Under the pieces are notes generated by a model that was given only the letters and a program-made list of their open reading frames with translations, made no database searches and was not told the origin of the DNA. From Candidatus Saccharimonadota bacterium (GTDB lineage: Bacteria > Pseudomonadota > Gammaproteobacteria > Enterobacterales > Enterobacteriaceae), in the NCBI GenBank assembly GCA_045690015.1, contig CP145877.1, positions 330,001 through 362,000 of the forward strand: 32,000 nucleotides of DNA, read 5' to 3'. This document shows positions 29,106-32,000 of the stretch, in pieces. Numbering within the stretch: the stretch's first letter is position 1; each line of letters opens with the position of its first letter. The position numbers and the translations under genes were made by a program.

Positions 29106-29486
29106 ATGAATGAAACAATACGTTTACCTAGAATAAGTAAAGCATTACACAAAGAAATTGCAATAATTTTGCAGAAAAAAATCCAAGATCCGCGATTAAG
29201 ATCCATAATTACGGTAAATCATATAGAGATTTCGCGAGATTTTTTATATGCTAAAGTATTCATAACTTTTTTAGATATCAAAAATAATCCAATAGAGATT
29301 AGTAGAAAAATGCAGGTTCTACAAAAGGCATCTGGGTATATTCGAATCTTGCTTGCAAAAAAAATGTGCTTACGTATTATACCTCAACTTACTTTTATTT
29401 ATGATTCATTTGTTTATAATGCAGTAGATATGTATGATTTTATTAGTGATGTATTAATAAATAAAGAAAAGCATGAAGGGCATTAA
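29106..29486 (+). CDS. rbfA: Ribosome-binding factor A
   Basis: R......L.KEIAIILQ..I.DPRL....TV..IE.SRD..YAKVF.TFL and ..LRI.P.LTF.YD are collinear with E. coli RbfA, and the infB-rbfA-truB order is conserved. Confidence 0.9.
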   Translation: MNETIRLPRISKALHKEIAIILQKKIQDPRLRSIITVNHIEISRDFLYAKVFITFLDIKNNPIEISRKMQVLQKASGYIRILLAKKMCLRIIPQLTFIYDSFVYNAVDMYDFISDVLINKEKHEGH

Positions 29487-30402
29487 TAATCAAGTTAATG
29501 GATTTTTATTGTTGGATAAACCTTCGGGTATTTCTTCTAATTTGGCACTGCAAAAAGTAAAAAAGATACTAAAGGTTAAAAAAGCAGGATATATAGGAAC
29601 TTTAGATCCTATAGCTACTGGCATGTTGCCAATTTGTTTAGGTAAAGCCACTAAATTTGCACAATATTTAGTAAATTCAGATAAACATTATTATGTAAGA
29701 GCAAAATTAGGAGAACGTACCGATACTTTAGATTGTCAAGGTAAAATAATTAGTGAAAGTCCGGTAATAAATATCAGTACTTTCAAATTGAAAGATCTTT
29801 TGAAAGATTTTGTAGGAAAAATTAAACAAATACCTCCTATGTATTCTGCAATTAAATTCCATAATCATCCCTTATATCATTATGCACGTAAGGGTATTGT
29901 TGTATCACGTAAAGCACGTTATATTATCATTCATAATTTAGAATTGATTGATTTCATAACAAATGAATTGGTACTTAAAGTACATTGTTCTAAAGGTACA
30001 TATATTCGTACTCTTATTGATGATTTAGGGGAAAAACTAGGTTGTGGAGCTCATGTTATAGAACTACGAAGGTTGCAAATAGATTCATATCCTCTCGATA
30101 AGATGATCAGCATCGAAAAATTGAGTAAGCTAATAAATCCCAATATGATGATTACTACTGAAGTTAATAATAAACTCAATTCTATTTTGACACCAATAGA
30201 GAGCTTGGTTTCTAGTTTTCCAGAAATTCATTTGGTGAATGTTACCACAACTAATTTAAAAAAAGGAGTATCAATAGATTTAATAATGAAAAGCTCACTC
30301 AGTGGTGTAGTACGGGTAACCCAAGGAAAAGAAAAAAAATTGATGGGTATAGCTGAAATTAATAATAAAGGACTTCTAATTTCTTATCGTTTAGTTTATT
30401 AG
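29473..30402 (+). CDS. truB: tRNA pseudouridine-55 synthase TruB
   Basis: It has NGFLLLDKP.G.SSN.ALQKVK, the catalytic-Asp motif GTLDPIATGMLPICLG.ATKF, YSA.K, CSKGTYIRT.IDDLGEKLGCGAHV..LRR. It overlaps the rbfA 3' end by 14 nt. Confidence 0.96.
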   Translation: MKGINNQVNGFLLLDKPSGISSNLALQKVKKILKVKKAGYIGTLDPIATGMLPICLGKATKFAQYLVNSDKHYYVRAKLGERTDTLDCQGKIISESPVINISTFKLKDLLKDFVGKIKQIPPMYSAIKFHNHPLYHYARKGIVVSRKARYIIIHNLELIDFITNELVLKVHCSKGTYIRTLIDDLGEKLGCGAHVIELRRLQIDSYPLDKMISIEKLSKLINPNMMITTEVNNKLNSILTPIESLVSSFPEIHLVNVTTTNLKKGVSIDLIMKSSLSGVVRVTQGKEKKLMGIAEINNKGLLISYRLVY

Positions 30403-30431
30403 AGTATTTCTTATAATGGAGCAAGAATATA

Positions 30432-30698
30432 ATGTCAGTATTTTTTAATAAATCGGAAATCATTGTAAAATACGGTATTAATCTCAATGATACTGGTTCT
30501 ACGGAAGTTCAGGTTGCTTTATTGACTAATAGAATAGAACTTTTACGTAAACATTTTACTAATCACAAAAAAGATCATCATAGTCGTAGGGGTTTATTAC
30601 GTATAATCTCAAAAAGAAGAAGTTTATTAAATTACTTAAAACGTAAAAATCTTAGTCGTTATACAAGTTTGATTGAAGATCTTGAATTACGAAAATAA
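30432..30698 (+). CDS. rpsO: 30S ribosomal protein S15
   Basis: ..[42 protein letters not shown]...RY..LIE.L.LR is collinear with E. coli S15. The protein is 88 aa. Confidence 0.97.
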   Translation: MSVFFNKSEIIVKYGINLNDTGSTEVQVALLTNRIELLRKHFTNHKKDHHSRRGLLRIISKRRSLLNYLKRKNLSRYTSLIEDLELRK

Positions 30699-30716
30699 AA
30701 TATATTAATTTCAACC

Positions 30717-30736
30717 AATCTAATAGTAATTAGATT
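30717..30736 (+). other. 8-bp stem / 4-nt loop hairpin (aatctaat-agta-attagatt) in the rpsO-pnp spacer. It may be a 3'-end or pnp-leader structure.
   Basis: The inverted repeat is perfect when read directly. It lies 18 nt after the rpsO stop and 34 nt before the pnp UUG. It is AT-rich, is not followed by a U-tract, and may not terminate transcription. Confidence 0.3.
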
Positions 30737-30769
30737 CATATTATCAAGCTTAAAAATAAGGATTTTATT

Positions 30770-32000
30770 TTGTTTAATCCAATTATACATAAATTTAAAT
30801 ATGGACAACATACTGTTACTTTTGAAACGGGGATTATTGCTCGACAAGCTACAGCTAGTGTCATAACTAGTATAGATGATACTATGGTTTTAGTAACCAT
30901 AGTAGGAAGTAAAAAAAAATCATCTGTTCATAATTTTTTTCCTATTACTGTTAATTATCAAGAACGTTCTTATGCAGGTGGTCGTATTCCAGGTAGTTTT
31001 TTTAGACGTGAGGGTCGTTCAAGTGAAAATGAAATGCTCATAGCACGTTTAATTGATCGTCCAATTCGTCCCTTGTTTCCAGAAGGCTTTTTTTATGATA
31101 TTCAGATCATTGCCACAGTTATTTCTATAGATCCTCGAATTAACCCAGATATTGTAGCCTTGATTGGAAGTTCTGCAGCACTTAGTCTTTCGGGGATGCC
31201 ATTTAAAGGTCCAATTGGTGCAGCACGTATAGGATTTATTGGTAATAAATATATTTTGAATCCAACTAGAGACGAACTTAAATCTAGTGATTTAGATTTA
31301 ATTGTAGCTGGTACCAAAAATGCAGTCTTAATGGTAGAAGCAGAAGCAAAATGTCTTAGTGAAGATCAAATACTAAATGCAATAACGTATGGACATGAAC
31401 AACAACAAGTAGTAATTAATAATATAAATTTATTAGTTGAATCTGCTGGTAAATCATCTTGGGATTGGATTCCTAATGCTATAAATCCCGAATTCTATAT
31501 AAGAGTTGTATCTCTTTCAGAAAAAGAATTATCTAATGCATATAGCATTATAGATAAAAACACACGTTATGCACAAATAGATTTAATAAAAGAGGATGTA
31601 ATCTCTATCCTACAGAAGGAAAATTCATCTATAGATGAAAATGTAATTAATAGCATTTTTTATAGGATTGAGAAAAAAATTGTGCGAAGTAATTTATTAG
31701 AAAAACATACTAGAATTGATGGTCGGAATCCAGATGCTATTCGTAATATAGATGTGCGAACCGGTATTCTTCCAAGAGTACATGGATCATCTTTATTTAC
31801 ACGAGGAGAAACTCAAGCTCTAGTGACCGTGACTTTAGGTACGGATAGGGATGCACAAAATCTTGATGAATTAATAGGAGATCGCACGGATTCTTTTATC
31901 TTTCATTATAATTTTCCTCCTTATTCAATTGGAGAAATAGGAATTATAGGACCTCCAAAACGCCGTGAAATTGGTCATGGTCGTTTAGCTAAACGTGGAA
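30770..32000 (+). CDS. pnp: Polynucleotide phosphorylase, N-terminal about 410 codons, running off the right window edge. It has a UUG start and is not in the ORF track.
   Basis: My translation from TTG 30770 is (M)[30 protein letters not shown]...[28 protein letters not shown]...[14 protein letters not shown]...RIDGR...TRGETQALV...[11 protein letters not shown]......[14 protein letters not shown]. It is collinear with E. coli PNPase ([31 protein letters not shown]...), which also starts with UUG. 'aaggat' lies about 7 nt upstream, and there is no in-frame stop up to nt 32000. Confidence 0.95.
   Translation, partial: MFNPIIHKFKYGQHTVTFETGIIARQATASVITSIDDTMVLVTIVGSKKKSSVHNFFPITVNYQERSYAGGRIPGSFFRREGRSSENEMLIARLIDRPIRPLFPEGFFYDIQIIATVISIDPRINPDIVALIGSSAALSLSGMPFKGPIGAARIGFIGNKYILNPTRDELKSSDLDLIVAGTKNAVLMVEAEAKCLSEDQILNAITYGHEQQQVVINNINLLVESAGKSSWDWIPNAINPEFYIRVVSLSEKELSNAYSIIDKNTRYAQIDLIKEDVISILQKENSSIDENVINSIFYRIEKKIVRSNLLEKHTRIDGRNPDAIRNIDVRTGILPRVHGSSLFTRGETQALVTVTLGTDRDAQNLDELIGDRTDSFIFHYNFPPYSIGEIGIIGPPKRREIGHGRLAKRG

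Noticed and set aside
30659-31317. Two - strand ORFs, 30659-30847 and 31102-31317.
   Set aside because: The first spans the rpsO 3' end, the spacer and the pnp 5' end on the wrong strand. The second is antisense to pnp. Both are explained once the UUG-initiated pnp CDS is recognised.

Overview
This window looks like core chromosome from a strongly AT-rich, reduced-genome gammaproteobacterial (Enterobacterales-type) endosymbiont. The lineage cannot be fixed from sequence alone. Loss of the flagellar cluster together with a retained fab cluster would fit a Blochmannia-like organism, but that is a guess.

I can support 31 protein-coding genes (2 of them cut by the window edges), 2 tRNAs and 1 canonical terminator. 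Every non-shadow ORF has a clear housekeeping ortholog. In window order they are ychF', yeaQ, mnmA, purB, hinT, ycfH, holB, tmk, acpP, fabG, fabD, fabH, rpmF, rluC, rne, murJ, cysS, adk, htpG, ybaB, dnaX, greA, rlmE, ftsH, secG, tRNA-Leu(GAG), tRNA-fMet, nusA, infB, rbfA, truB, rpsO, pnp'. Two genes are absent from the supplied ORF track: rpmF (57 aa) and pnp (UUG start, runs off the window end).

Gene order is a mosaic of E. coli synteny blocks joined by very short spacers where genes have been deleted. The missing genes are hflD, ptsG/fhuE, fabF/pabC/mltG, plsX, yceD/maf, the flg cluster, recR, yhbY, folP/glmM, argG and rimP.

I found no mobile element, CRISPR array, toxin-antitoxin pair, defence island or orphan multi-gene cluster, so I cannot honestly nominate a novel 'system' here. 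These points are worth a second look:
- RNase E is cut down to its catalytic half.
- An A9 tract sits at the tau/gamma boundary of dnaX.
- Several in-frame A9-A10 tracts lie in essential genes.
- A short palindrome core (AATCTAAT..ATTAGATT) recurs at two gene 3' ends.
- The structured metY trailer and terminator are retained although rimP is gone.
- An initiator tRNA lacks an in-register encoded CCA.
- Gene polarity switches sharply at the dnaX|greA spacer, which also holds a 24-nt AT-only palindrome.
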